From assembly GCA_042408215.1 (NCBI GenBank), contig JAYFMW010000005.1:416001-480000 (forward strand): a stretch of DNA of 64,000 nucleotides. Direction: 5' to 3'. Each line of letters opens with the position of its first letter. The first letter of the stretch is position 1. Positions 42,693 to 54,024 of this stretch are shown here, piece after piece. The stretch is from Microcoleus sp. (GTDB lineage: Bacteria; Cyanobacteriota; Cyanobacteriia; Cyanobacteriales; Microcoleaceae). The notes under the pieces were generated by a model. That model did not search any database, was not told where the DNA came from, and saw only the letters and a list, made by a program, of their open reading frames with translations. The translations under genes were made by a program, and so were the position numbers.

Positions 42693-45600
42693 TTATGAGT
42701 TTGTTTTTTTCAAGGTTAAAAACTGTTGAATGATGGCAGCCAACTGTTTGAGCTTAACTGGCTTAGTCATGTAATCATTGGCTCCTGCTTCCAAACAACG
42801 ATCGCGATCGCCCGTCATGGCTAAAGCAGTTAGAGCAACGATCGGCACATCGACCAAGATTGGAATACGACGGATTTGCTGCATAGCTTCTATTCCATCC
42901 ATCCCAGGCATTTGAATATCCATCAGAATTAGATTGGGGTTTTCAGACTGAGCTAGAGCGATCGCCTCCCGTCCGTTTTTTGCCAAGAGAATGCGATAGC
43001 CTTTGGCTTTCAGGTAGCTCGAAATGGTACTGATATTGGCTTCGTTATCTTCTGCGAGCAAGATTAAGGGATTGGAAATGGGTAATTGGGAATTGGAAAT
43101 GGGGGATTGGGGATTGGGAATTGGGGATTGGGAATTGGGAATTGGGAATTGGGAAGAGGAGGGCGCACCGGCGGCGCAATACAGGTCGATCGCGAAACAA
43201 CTTCCTACTCCTACTTCGCTGGTGAGCGATACCTGTCCGCCGTGGAGTTCGACAATACGTTTGACTAGGGCAAGCCCCAAGCCGGTGCCTGTATATTCAC
43301 GATTCAGGGCGCTATCAATTTGGATGAAAGGCTGAAATAGTTTGTTGATATCTTCTGGAGCAATGCCAATACCTGTGTCAATTACGGCTATTCGCAGATA
43401 GTTTTGGGGTAAACTATCGGTAGAATAGGGGTCGGTGTGTGGGGGTTGATGGCTAATTTTTAGGGTGATAAGTCCGCCGGCGGGTGTGAATTTGACGGCG
43501 TTGTTGAGCAGGTTGATTAAGACTTGGCGGATGCGCCGTTCATCTATGAATAGGTCGGGCAGATTTGGTGGCTGTTCAATGGTAAGCTGGATGCGTTTTT
43601 GCATGGCTTGTTGTTTGATAAATGCCAGACTGGATTGACAGAGATGATTGACAGAAACTAGGGTGCAATCTAGTATTATTTGACCGGATTCAATTTTGGC
43701 GACATCCAAAATGTCGTTGATTAATTCTAGTAGGTGAGAGCCACTGCGCTGGATGGTTTGTAAGGCTTTGATTTGTGGTTCGTCCAGGATGCCAAAGATG
43801 CCTTCTTGTAGCCCTTCGGTCATGCCTAGAATGGCGTTGAGGGGGGTGCGGAGTTCGTGGCTCATGTTGGCGAGAAATTCGTCTTTGAGGCGGGTGGCGC
43901 GGATGAGTTCTTGGTTGGTTGCGTGCAGTTGGGCTTCGTATTGCTTGCGATCGCTAATATCGCGGCAGACACAAATCAACAGTCCATCTTCTGTGAGTGT
44001 CAGAGATAGCCCTTCGGCAAAAGTAGAACCATCTTTACGGATGGCGATCGCCTCACCTTGCCAAGCCCGATCGCGCTCCAGGATTGGAAAGACTTCCCGC
44101 TCAAACCGTTCCAACTCTTTGGTCGAATACAAGAGTTTCCAAGATTTGCCCAACAGCTCAATGGTTCGACTCCGCTCGATGGTTCGACTCCGCTCACCAA
44201 CCGCCGGGCGATCGTAGCCAAACAGTTCTAAATGGGCTTGATTCACATAGAGGTAGCTGTCTCCTTGGATAATCGCAATGCCGTCGATGGCCGCTTCAAT
44301 GGCCGCTAGTTGTTGTTTTAAGGCTGATTCGGCTCGTTTGAGATCGGTGATATCTGCAAAATAGCCAACAATCTCGATTGGGGTACCTTGTTCATCTCGC
44401 ACTAGGCGCAGTTCATCTCGCATCCAAATGTAGTGACCGTCGTGATGCAAGAAACGATATTCATGCTGATGAGTGTTGTGCTCAAAGAGAGCGGATAGAT
44501 CTGCAAAAACTTTCTGAGCATCTTCTGGGTGAATATGGTTGGCCCAGAATCCGGGGATTGATAAAAATTCTGATGCTTTGTAGCCCAAAATGGCTTCGAT
44601 GTTTTTGCTCATAAAGGTGGCTCCATAGTCGCCATAGGGCTTGCAGCTATAGATCATGGCGGGACTGGAGAAGAGCAGAAATTCGAGGCGTTCTTTTAAT
44701 AGGCGATTTTCTCGCTCTGTCTGTTGGCGATCGGTAATGTCTTGGATGAGGGCGAGTATATAGATCGGTCTATCATCGCTAGATAGGACTGAGGTGGAAA
44801 TGGAGATGGTGCGCTTCTGTCCATCTTGACGCTGGATTTCCCTTTCCTGGGCGTTCTGATTTTCTTGTCCTATGCCTTTCTGCTGGGCGATGGCCTGTTT
44901 TTGAGCCTGTGGATCGGGGTACAAACTTTGATACCAACCCAGGCGGTTGATTTGTTCTAAGGTGTAGCCCGTAATCGCTTGCATTTGCTGATTCCAAATC
45001 GTGAAGCGGATCAAGGGAAATTCTTCAATTTGATGGAAAACGCACAGCCCTTCTGTCATGTTTTCTACAATTTGTTGACGGAAGGTGTTTTCGTGCTGGA
45101 GTGTTGCTTCGGCCAATTTGCGATCGGTAATGTCGAAGCGAATGGCTAGATACTGAAAAGGTCGCCCTTGTTCATCCAGAAAAGGAACGATGGTGCTAGC
45201 AACCCAATAGGGGCTACCGTTTTTGCTGCGGTTGCAAATTTCGCCGCGCCAAACTTGACCGCTCGAAATGGTGCGCCACAGGTTTTGGAAAAAACTGGGG
45301 GGATGGTAGCCAGAGTTGACAATGCGATGGGTTTGACCGATGAGTCGATCGCGGGAGTAGCCGGAGACTACACAGAAGCGATCGTTGACGTAAGTAATCA
45401 CGCCTTTTGGATCGGTGATGACTACAATGGCTGACTGATCTAGGGCTTGTTTAAAGGCTGATAATTCTTGTATTAACTGTTGTCGTTCGAGTTCTGCTTG
45501 TTTGCGATCGCTAATATCAAAGTTGATTCCAATCATGCTCTGGGGATTACCCTGGGCATCTCGCACGACGACTCCATAGGCTTTGATAAAGTGGATGCTG

Positions 45601-48345
45601 CCATCGGGATGTATAACCCGATACTCAGTATCATATTCGGCTTCTCCGTCTAGGGCTTGATGGAGCAATGTTTCGGTATAGGTGCGATCGCCCGGATGGA
45701 GCCCGTTTGCCCAAATGTCGTATACCAGACGGGTATCTGTTTGTTTTGTGACACCATACAGTTCGTACATCCGCTCATCCCAAACGATGAGGTTCTGTAG
45801 GTCCCATTCCCAACAGCCGATCGCCCCTGATTTGAGGGACAAGGCGAGGCGATCGGATAGTTTCTGTAGTTCTGCTTCTGCACGGAGGCGATCGCTGATG
45901 TCTTTCGCGATGCCCAAAAAGCCGATAATTTGCCCCTTGACATCTTTGAGGGCGGTGATGGATAGCGACACGGGAATTCTAATGCCATCTTTGCGGATAT
46001 AAGTCCACTCTGTTTCGCTGATTAGTCCCAGGCGTGCTTTAGCAACAAAAACTTCAAAGCCGGGGGGAATTTCTTGCTTTAGTTCGGCGGAGAGTATGGC
46101 TGCTTGTTCGATTATTTCGTTTGGATCGTGGATGAGTGCAGGGGTGGTTTTACCGATGATTTCTTGAGCATCGTAACCGAGCATCCTTTCGGCTGCGGCA
46201 TTGAAGGTTTGGATGATGCCTGTTGGGTCTGTGGAGATGATGGAGTAGTCGGCACCATTGAGGATGGCGCGTTGCAGGCTATTGACTTGATGAAGCTCTT
46301 GGGTGCGTTCTGCGACTTTGGCTTCTAGTTCTTGGTTGAGTTGCTGGAGTTTTTGTTCGGCTCCTTTGCGATCGCTAATGTCGGTAACTGTTCCTACATA
46401 GCCGACTATTTGCCCTTCTGTGTTGAGTTCGGCAACGCACTGCCCATATACCCAGGTAACAGTACCGTCGGGACGTTGAAAGCGATATTCGATCCCAAAA
46501 GGGCGTTGGTCAAAGCTTTGATTTTCCTCTGCAAGAAGCGCAACGGGTTGCGTTTTTGCAATTTGGATGTATTGCTGCCATTGGGCGATGACCCAATCGG
46601 GATCGTCGGGGTGCATTCCTTGTTGCCATCCTTGTCCGATAATGGCTTCTGGTGTGAGTCCGCCGATCTGACAGTAGCGATCGTTGACATAGGTGCATAG
46701 CCCATTCGCATCGGTGCGGAATATCCCCACGGGTGCAGCGGCGGCAAGGGTGGCGTAGCGTTGTTCGCTTTCGATTAGGGTGGCTTCGATCTCGCTGTCG
46801 CTTTGTTAGTTCATTCTGCAATTTTTGGTGGGTGGTGGCTTGCTCAAGGGCGATCGCCACCTGTAGAGAAACTTGCCGCAGGAGTTCGATTTCGTCTGTA
46901 GTCCAATGGTGCGGCTTTTCTCGATAGCTGGCGAGCATTAACCCCCACAGTTGTTCCTCAATCACGATCGGCACCATCAGCTTGGCGCGAATATCAAACC
47001 CCACTAACATTTCCTGATGGCACAGCGTCATTGCTTCGCCGTAGATGTCATTGACGATGCGAATTCTGCCCTGGCGATAGGGTTCAAGCCATTCTGGGCT
47101 AATGCAAGGGTCCTGGGCTTCGCTGTGGAGCACCGATCGCCCGGTGCCGGTTATGGCTTCGGCGATGACGGTGCCGCTAAAGTCTGGTCGAAATTGGTAA
47201 ATGATGACCCGATCGCATTCCAGAAGCGATCGAATTTCCTGCACTGTAGTATCGAGAATATCGGATAAGTTTAGGGATGAGCGGATCTGCTCGGCTATGG
47301 TGTTCAGCAGTTGCTCTCGATGGGCTTTTGCTTTGAGGATGAGGGTACGCTCTGCTACTTGCTGTTCGAGTTCAACAGTGCGATTTTCCAGCAGGGCGAC
47401 TTTTTCGGCTTCTAGGCGTACTACCTTTTGTTCCAAAACCTCTGCTAGTTTGTATAGTTCGAGGGGGTTGAGGGCTTGCAGCAAACTGGTCTGGGTGACG
47501 ATTCCTAATAGTTCTCCGAGTTCTCCTGTCACGGCTAATCGACGGATCGATCGCTGTTCCATGATCTGCTGTACTGTCCAGAGCGATTCCTCTGGTTTGA
47601 CCTGAAAAATCGGTGTACTCATTACTGCTTCAGCCAGACAGGTTTCCAGGTTCAAGCCCAAGGCTTGAAATTGCACAATATCCCGCTCGGTAACAATCCC
47701 CACTGGTATTTGCAGCGTAAGCGTAGAGATTCCGCCTGGGTGCACAATCATCACGGAACTGACGCGGTGTTCTGCCATAAGTTGGGCGATCGCCAGTAGG
47801 GAAATATCTGGTGCTGCACAAATTACTTCGCGGGTCATCACTTCAGATACCAGTCGCAACCGCAGCAAGTCGATCGGTCTGGAAATTTGCCGCAGACTTT
47901 CGTGAGTCACTAGGCCCACTAGGCGATCGTGCTCGTCCAGGATGGGTAAATGGCGAATGTGGTGCTGTTGGAGCAGGTTAATGGCAAAAAACAAGTCGGT
48001 GAAGGCGGACTCGCCCAGGGTGACGACGGGATGTGCCATCACCTCCCACATCGCCAAACGGTCAAGGGGTTGCTGCTGGGCACTCAGCCGCACCACGTCT
48101 CGCTCGGTGAGTAGGCCTACTACGCGCTCGTTTTCTACTACTAATACGCAGCTTGACCGGGCTTCTAGGTGGTGGTTGTTTTGTTGATTTTCTGCGGTTC
48201 TGCTGGTGTTGCAGTGCGATCGTACGCTACTCATTTGGGCGATCGCTTCGAGCACTGTCGTATCGGGCGAAACCACCAACGGTTTTCGGGCGATCGCAGC
48301 CCTAAGTTGTTCTATTGGGGTGAGAGCCGTAGTACGAATGAACAT
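42693..48345 (-). CDS. CBS-GAF-multi-PAS hybrid histidine kinase with a +1 frameshift near 46793 (ORFs 46510-48345 and 42693-46730)
   Basis: CBS pairs and GAF; removing one base gives ...[28 protein letters not shown], then PAS domains, HisKA and REC. Confidence 0.85.
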
Positions 48346-48719
48346 GAGTTTATCAAAAATACAGAAAGCGAAAAGCCCCGTCCCTTTAGGCGCCGGATGA
48401 AAGCGAATTGGGACTCAAGTCCCCTGCAAATTTTCCCGATGATTTGTGAATATATTAACATCAGCCAACCAAAGTTATGCACGCAACACAAAAAGATGTT
48501 TGGAAACCGACAAAATAACGAGAGTAATTGTTACCAAACTCCTGAATTGGTCAAATAAACTTGACCAATTCGGCACTTACGAAGGTGGTCAAGTTTTTTT
48601 GACTGACGGCGGTGGTTCGAGTTACCCCCAAGCTAGAGGCATATAGCTGGCAAAAGTATAGTCATTTATAGACATGGGAGGCTTCAAGTCCCTCCCCCTT
48701 CACTTTTACTTTGAGCGGA

Positions 48720-49931
48720 TTAACCCGCCTCGGCTGAACTACGCAGCTCTCTATCAAGAAAGCTGAACGCATTTGGGATTGCTTTTCTGAGAATGTTATA
48801 CGCTGCGTTCACGTCAGAATTAATTAACTGACCAGTCGATGTTTTGTACAAACCTCGCTCGATCCGTTTACCAGTGAACACAGGCTCTTTTTCTGTTTTC
48901 CCATAAACAGGCATTGGGTCTAAACCCACAAAACTTGCTCTGGACCTGTAGGATTCTTCCTGCACAATCACTGTGATTCCCACCAAGCGAGCTTTGTATT
49001 CTAACATCTCAATCAATCGAGAGTAAGGAATGCTGACCAAGTTTTGGTTGGTTTGCTTCCCTAGATCAATTTCAGTTTTCCACTGTGCATTCTTGCCAAT
49101 TACTAGCGTCCCAATTTGTTTTGTATTTAAAATGGCAACAATCACAGGACTAGCATGATGCAAGTAATTATCAACTTTCTGATTGCGACAGCGAGTTAAT
49201 CGCTGAATCCTGGGTGAGGTTTGACGGTTCCCTTTTAACTGGGATTGTAATCGGGATTTGCGTTTGTTATAGAACTGGTTAATCGATTTTAATGGTCGCC
49301 CGTTAATCAACAAAGGAATAAATCCCGGTTGATTTGAAGTTAACGCCACTAAATTGTCCAGTCCCAAATCAATACTAGCTACAGAGTTGGCATTGCTGAT
49401 GGTGGACTCCGGTTCATCATAAATCACCTCAATTACATAGGAATCACATTTTGGAACCAGCCTGACTTGGCAAACCTGGTCGGGATTGACTTTGGTTTTA
49501 ATTGAAAGTTCCGTGCCAGAAAGTTTAATGATTCCTTGTTTCAATTGTTGGCTGCTAATCGCTTGAATCGTGTAGACGAGAAGGTTTCGCCCTTTGACCT
49601 GAGCTTTGTACAACGGCCGTTTGGGGCGACCTGTGAACTTAGAATAATCAGCCTTGTAAGCTTTAACTGCTTCAAAAAACGATTTCCAATTCTTGTCTAA
49701 CACCATTAAGATTTGCTGACTTACTTTAGCAGGCAAAGCCTTATATGCTTCGTGAGACTTCATCAATCGGTTGATTTCGTTGTAATTGACATAGCCCCAC
49801 CCATAAATAAAGCTCTGACGAATAACGTAATTGGCGGCATTGTACAGGTTTTTGGACTTGAAAGCTAGTTCGTCAATTTGGGCGAAACGGTGTTCCGTTG
49901 ATTTAATGATGTGTCTCTCTGTTAACTGCAT
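48720..49931 (-). CDS. tnpB: TnpB (no zinc finger; IGKN..WK / EESY clade)
   Basis: SKNLYN, SIDLGLDN, QEESY, NSDVNAAYNI. Confidence 0.9.
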   Translation of the reverse strand: MQLTERHIIKSTEHRFAQIDELAFKSKNLYNAANYVIRQSFIYGWGYVNYNEINRLMKSHEAYKALPAKVSQQILMVLDKNWKSFFEAVKAYKADYSKFTGRPKRPLYKAQVKGRNLLVYTIQAISSQQLKQGIIKLSGTELSIKTKVNPDQVCQVRLVPKCDSYVIEVIYDEPESTISNANSVASIDLGLDNLVALTSNQPGFIPLLINGRPLKSINQFYNKRKSRLQSQLKGNRQTSPRIQRLTRCRNQKVDNYLHHASPVIVAILNTKQIGTLVIGKNAQWKTEIDLGKQTNQNLVSIPYSRLIEMLEYKARLVGITVIVQEESYRSRASFVGLDPMPVYGKTEKEPVFTGKRIERGLYKTSTGQLINSDVNAAYNILRKAIPNAFSFLDRELRSSAEAG

Positions 49932-50521
49932 TCAGAGCCTCCATCTTTTAACTCAGCGATTATTTTTTCCCTCTTTCTGCTAGCGCGACGTTGCCCATAA
50001 AGTCGTGCAGCAAAACTTGTGACTATCGCTACTAAGTCTTGCATTCACTCATCTTTGCCGTTCTCAGCAAGATTAACTATTTCTAGTTTGACTCCTAATC
50101 GAAGAAGCAATACGCTTAAATAATTCGTACCAAATCGAGCCAATCGGTCTTTATGCTCCACTAGCAAAATGTCGTAGTCATCTTGTTGTAGCAGTGTTTC
50201 CAACAGCTTCCTGTGGTCATTCAATCCGCTGCCGATTTCTTTTACATTCCTAATAATTTGATAACCATTGGCAATTGCGTACTCGGTCAACCGCTCTGAT
50301 TGGCGGTTAAGATTTTCTTTATTTTCGGACGAAGAGACTCTACTATAAATAGCGACTCGATTCTTCTTCACTTCGGTGGATGGTGCTTGTGGCACGTAGT
50401 CAACGATGATTAAACCGCTTTCTGTTTGTCGTGCCGGATGTGGTAGTTTATTCGCTTTCCACCACCGCCACGCAGTTGTGTAACTTATGCCTATTGCTTT
50501 GGCGTAGTCAGGTAGTTTCAT
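49922..50521 (-). pseudogene. tnpA: IS607 TnpA with in-frame TGA at 50045-50047
   Basis: YSRVSS, HKDRLARFG; reads on after the stop as MQDLVAIVTSFAARLYGQRRA. Confidence 0.9.
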
Positions 50522-51060
50522 TTTAACCTCCTGACTACATATTACCATCTTTGCTTACTAATGCTTATAAGCTTAATGAATTTTTACAATACTATATTTA
50601 CTTACGGTTCGCTCTTGCATGAAATGAGTTAGGGAAATTGGGCGACTGTCAGGTAACGCTCTTTCATCACTCTCATGAGCGCATAAACAGAGAAAGTGCC
50701 GTCAACCCTTTACTGGAATATGTTTGAGGCCATATCACTCGCTGCGATCGAATTTGCGGTGCCCGCTCGCGTAGTCGAAGGGTTGACGATTACTGTCACA
50801 ATTAGTCACAGTAAGGTGCGCCTCGGCGCACCCTAGGAATAGACTGTCACAATTATAGCCTTTCTCAGTAACAGTGCGGTGTACGCTTGATAAGCGGGCC
50901 TAGGGCCTAGGGCCTAGGGTTATAGGGCATACCTCATCAAGATTGAGAACTGCTATAGTCTCAGTAAGGTGCGCCCCTAAGCACCCTAGGAAGAGTAAGT
51001 CCCTAGGTCTCCTATTGTCTAGATTGTTAACTGTTAACGGTTAACGGTTAACAGTTAACG

Positions 51061-53238
51061 GTGAAGGGGTTGCTGCTGGGCACGCGCGCCGCACCACGTC
51101 TCGCTCGGGGAGAAAGACTAGGAAATCCACCGGTAAATCTCATGCTTGGAATCACACTCAGTAGTCGCTACAGCATTATCCGTCATTTGGGAGGCGGCGG
51201 ATTTGCTCAAACTTACCTAGCTGAAGATCAGCAGCTACCAGGAAATCACCTCTGCGTCGTCAAACAACTCAAACCCCAAGCAACTGATCCGGAAACTCTA
51301 CAGGTAGCAAGACGTTTGTTCGATACCGAAGCACAAGTTTTGTACAAGTTGGGAAATCACGATCGCATTCCTCAACTTTTTGCTTACTTTGAAGAAAATC
51401 AAGAGTTTTATCTCGTTCAAGAATTTATAGAAGGTCATGATTTAAGTCAAGAAATTATACCAGTTGCTGCCGCTGCAACTGCGGCCAGTATGAAGGAAGA
51501 TGAAGTCATTATTATCTTGCAGGAAATTCTCGAAATTTTAGACTTCGTACACCAGCAAAATGTCATCCATCGCGATGTCAATCCCCGCAATATAATTCGG
51601 AGAGTTCGAGATGGAAAATTAGTTTTAATTGACTTCGGTGCAGTCAAAGAAATCACGACTCAAATTACCAATCCTCAGCCTAAAAATAGCTTGAGCGTGA
51701 GCATTGGTACTCCCGGTTATATGCCTAGCGAACAAGCTCACGGCAACCCGAAACTTAGCAGCGATATCTATGCCACAGGTACGATCGCAATTCAATGTCT
51801 CACTGGCATATCTCCCCACCAATTACCAAAAGATCCCGACACAGAAGAGATAATTTGGCAGAACAAAGCATCAGTCAGTCCTGAATTTGCTAAGGTTTTA
51901 GATAAAATGGTGCGCTACGATTTTCGGCAGCGTTATGCGAGTGCCGCCGCAGCATTGCAAGCTATTAAAGAATGTAAAACTTCGATCGCCGGTACTATTC
52001 CTGTATTGATTCCTGTTGTTACTCCCAATAAGCCGGCCAAGTCTCGAAGCAAACTGTATTTGAAAATTTCGGCGATCGCCTGTTTAGTTGGTATCAGTAT
52101 TGTCGGTTCTAGTTATGTGATTAATACTCTGAATTCGGCTAATGCAACTGAGCTACATAACCGAGGTAATACTCTTTACAATTTAACTCGATTTGAAGAA
52201 GCTCTGGCAGTTTACGATCGCGCCATTAATCTGAGACCAGATTACGCGGAAGTTTGGCAAGAAAAAGCTAAAACTTTGTATGAACTCAAAAAATACCAAG
52301 AATCGCAATCAGCCTATGACAAAGCAATAGAATTAAAGCCGGAATACCTAGAAGCTTGGACTGGACGTGGTTATGCTTTGGATAAATTGCAGCAGTCTCA
52401 AGGGGCGATCGCCTCTTTTGAACAGGCTTTAAAAATTCAGCCAGACTATCCCGCAGCGTGGCAAGGAAGAGGCGATGCACTGTTAAATTCGCAGCGGTAC
52501 GAAGAAGCGATCGGAGCCTACGAAAAAGCCGTCAAATTTCAGCCAAACTTGTACCAAGCTTGGTACAATCAGGGACAAGCTTACCAGAATTTAAAACAGT
52601 ATGAACAAGCTGTACAATCCTATCAAAAAACAGTCGAAATTAAATCAGATAACCCTGAAGCATGGTATGATTTAGGTAATGTTTTTTTAGAATTGAACAA
52701 AAATCAAGAAGCCTTAGAAGCTTACGAGAAAGCCGTGCGCTTCCAACCAAATTTTTACCAAGGATGGTACAGTAAAGGCATCGCTTTGCTGAGAATGCGG
52801 AGGAATGAAGAATCTGTAGCAGCTTACGAACAAGCTGTTAAATTAAAACCAGACTATTATCAAGCATGGTACAATTTAGGCTGGTCGTACCACGAATTAC
52901 GCAGGTACGAACAAGCAATTGAATGTTACAGCAAAGCCCTTGATTTAAACCCGAAAGAATCTCAAGCTTGGTACAATAGAGGCAATGCACAATATAATTT
53001 GAAGCGGTACGAAGATGCGATCGCCTCTTACAATGAAGCCGTTTATGTCAAGCCAGACCACTGGGAAGCCTGGTACAGTCGCGGTAATGCCCTGGTGGCA
53101 GTAAAAAGATACCAAGATGCGATCGCATCCTATGACAAAGCAATTCGCTACAAACCGGATTACGGAGCGGCAATAGAGGCAAAAAAGCGGGCGGAAAGTC
53201 AGCTAGGAACCAGTCAACCACAGCTCAAACAACAATAG
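51061..53238 (+). CDS. Ser/Thr protein kinase with TM segment and TPR repeats (likely start ATG 51142)
   Basis: LGGGGFAQTY, VVKQL, HRDVNPRN, DFG, GTPGY; many AWYNxG TPRs. Confidence 0.94.
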   Translation: MKGLLLGTRAAPRLARGERLGNPPVNLMLGITLSSRYSIIRHLGGGGFAQTYLAEDQQLPGNHLCVVKQLKPQATDPETLQVARRLFDTEAQVLYKLGNHDRIPQLFAYFEENQEFYLVQEFIEGHDLSQEIIPVAAAATAASMKEDEVIIILQEILEILDFVHQQNVIHRDVNPRNIIRRVRDGKLVLIDFGAVKEITTQITNPQPKNSLSVSIGTPGYMPSEQAHGNPKLSSDIYATGTIAIQCLTGISPHQLPKDPDTEEIIWQNKASVSPEFAKVLDKMVRYDFRQRYASAAAALQAIKECKTSIAGTIPVLIPVVTPNKPAKSRSKLYLKISAIACLVGISIVGSSYVINTLNSANATELHNRGNTLYNLTRFEEALAVYDRAINLRPDYAEVWQEKAKTLYELKKYQESQSAYDKAIELKPEYLEAWTGRGYALDKLQQSQGAIASFEQALKIQPDYPAAWQGRGDALLNSQRYEEAIGAYEKAVKFQPNLYQAWYNQGQAYQNLKQYEQAVQSYQKTVEIKSDNPEAWYDLGNVFLELNKNQEALEAYEKAVRFQPNFYQGWYSKGIALLRMRRNEESVAAYEQAVKLKPDYYQAWYNLGWSYHELRRYEQAIECYSKALDLNPKESQAWYNRGNAQYNLKRYEDAIASYNEAVYVKPDHWEAWYSRGNALVAVKRYQDAIASYDKAIRYKPDYGAAIEAKKRAESQLGTSQPQLKQQ

Positions 53239-53431
53239 TTTTTAACTGAATTTGGTATTATTATTAGTCCCCCTCTGCGGGGACTTTGTTTGTGTAGTAG
53301 CGATTTCAATCGCCGAGTTTTATAGCCAAAGTCAGGATTCAGGATTCAGGATTCAGGATTCAGGAGTAGGATGCTTAACTATTAATGGTTTCAGGAATCG
53401 TTAATGTCCTAACACTGGCGATTGCTATATC

Positions 53432-53477
53432 CAGGACTTACGCAGGCACACTATATAGTGTGCCTGCGTAAGTCCTG
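53432..53477. repeat. Perfect 46-bp palindrome
   Basis: CAGGACTTACGCAGGCACACTAT|ATAGTGTGCCTGCGTAAGTCCTG. Confidence 0.9.
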
Positions 53478-53565
53478 TTTAATTATGCACTACAGAAACT
53501 AAATTCGTCAATAAATTCGTCAATCATTTTGTTATAATCTAGATAGTTCCTAAACGAGGTTATCT

Positions 53566-54021
53566 ATGGAAGGAGATCTGACTGACCACGAAATCCATAA
53601 AATCAAGGTAAGAAGAAAGGGAAGAGATGTAGATTATGGGATTTGGTATGAAATCCGAAATGATGATATGGGTGACATTCTTGCTACCGATGAGGATGGT
53701 CAATTTTGGTTGATAGACGACATTGATTGCCGTCGATACAATTACGCATTTGATGATTACGATTCAGCTTATGAAAGTGCTTTAAAATATGAACAAACAG
53801 AGCAACATCGGTTGACAAAAGAAGCACAACAACAAGTTCTTAAAGAAAAGCGTGAGAAATGGCGCATCAAAGAGTTACAACGTCAAGAATTTCTCAAAAA
53901 TAACCCTTCTTATGCGGATGAAAATAAGCCTCCTTATGTGGATGAAATTGGTCTTGCTTATGCGAATGAAAATGGTCTTTTTTATGTGGATGAATCTGCC
54001 ATAAATTTCACACGCGAATGA
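53566..54021 (+). CDS. Hypothetical acidic protein
   Basis: 151-aa ORF with GAGG RBS; no recognised motif. Confidence 0.6.
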   Translation: MEGDLTDHEIHKIKVRRKGRDVDYGIWYEIRNDDMGDILATDEDGQFWLIDDIDCRRYNYAFDDYDSAYESALKYEQTEQHRLTKEAQQQVLKEKREKWRIKELQRQEFLKNNPSYADENKPPYVDEIGLAYANENGLFYVDESAINFTRE

Positions 54022-54024
54022 AAT

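Larger units (their letters stand above)
48638..50607 (-). mobile_element. Second IS607-family element (boundaries tentative)
   Basis: tnpA-tnpB pair; candidate GG cores on the plus strand at 48638 and 50606. Confidence 0.7.
48354..50705 (+). mobile_element. Deleted IS605-type element hosting an IS607 insertion (boundaries tentative)
   Basis: TTAT|CAAAAA...AAGCCCCGTCCCTTTAGG...GGATGAAAGCG LE; ends GCCGTCAA. Confidence 0.5.
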
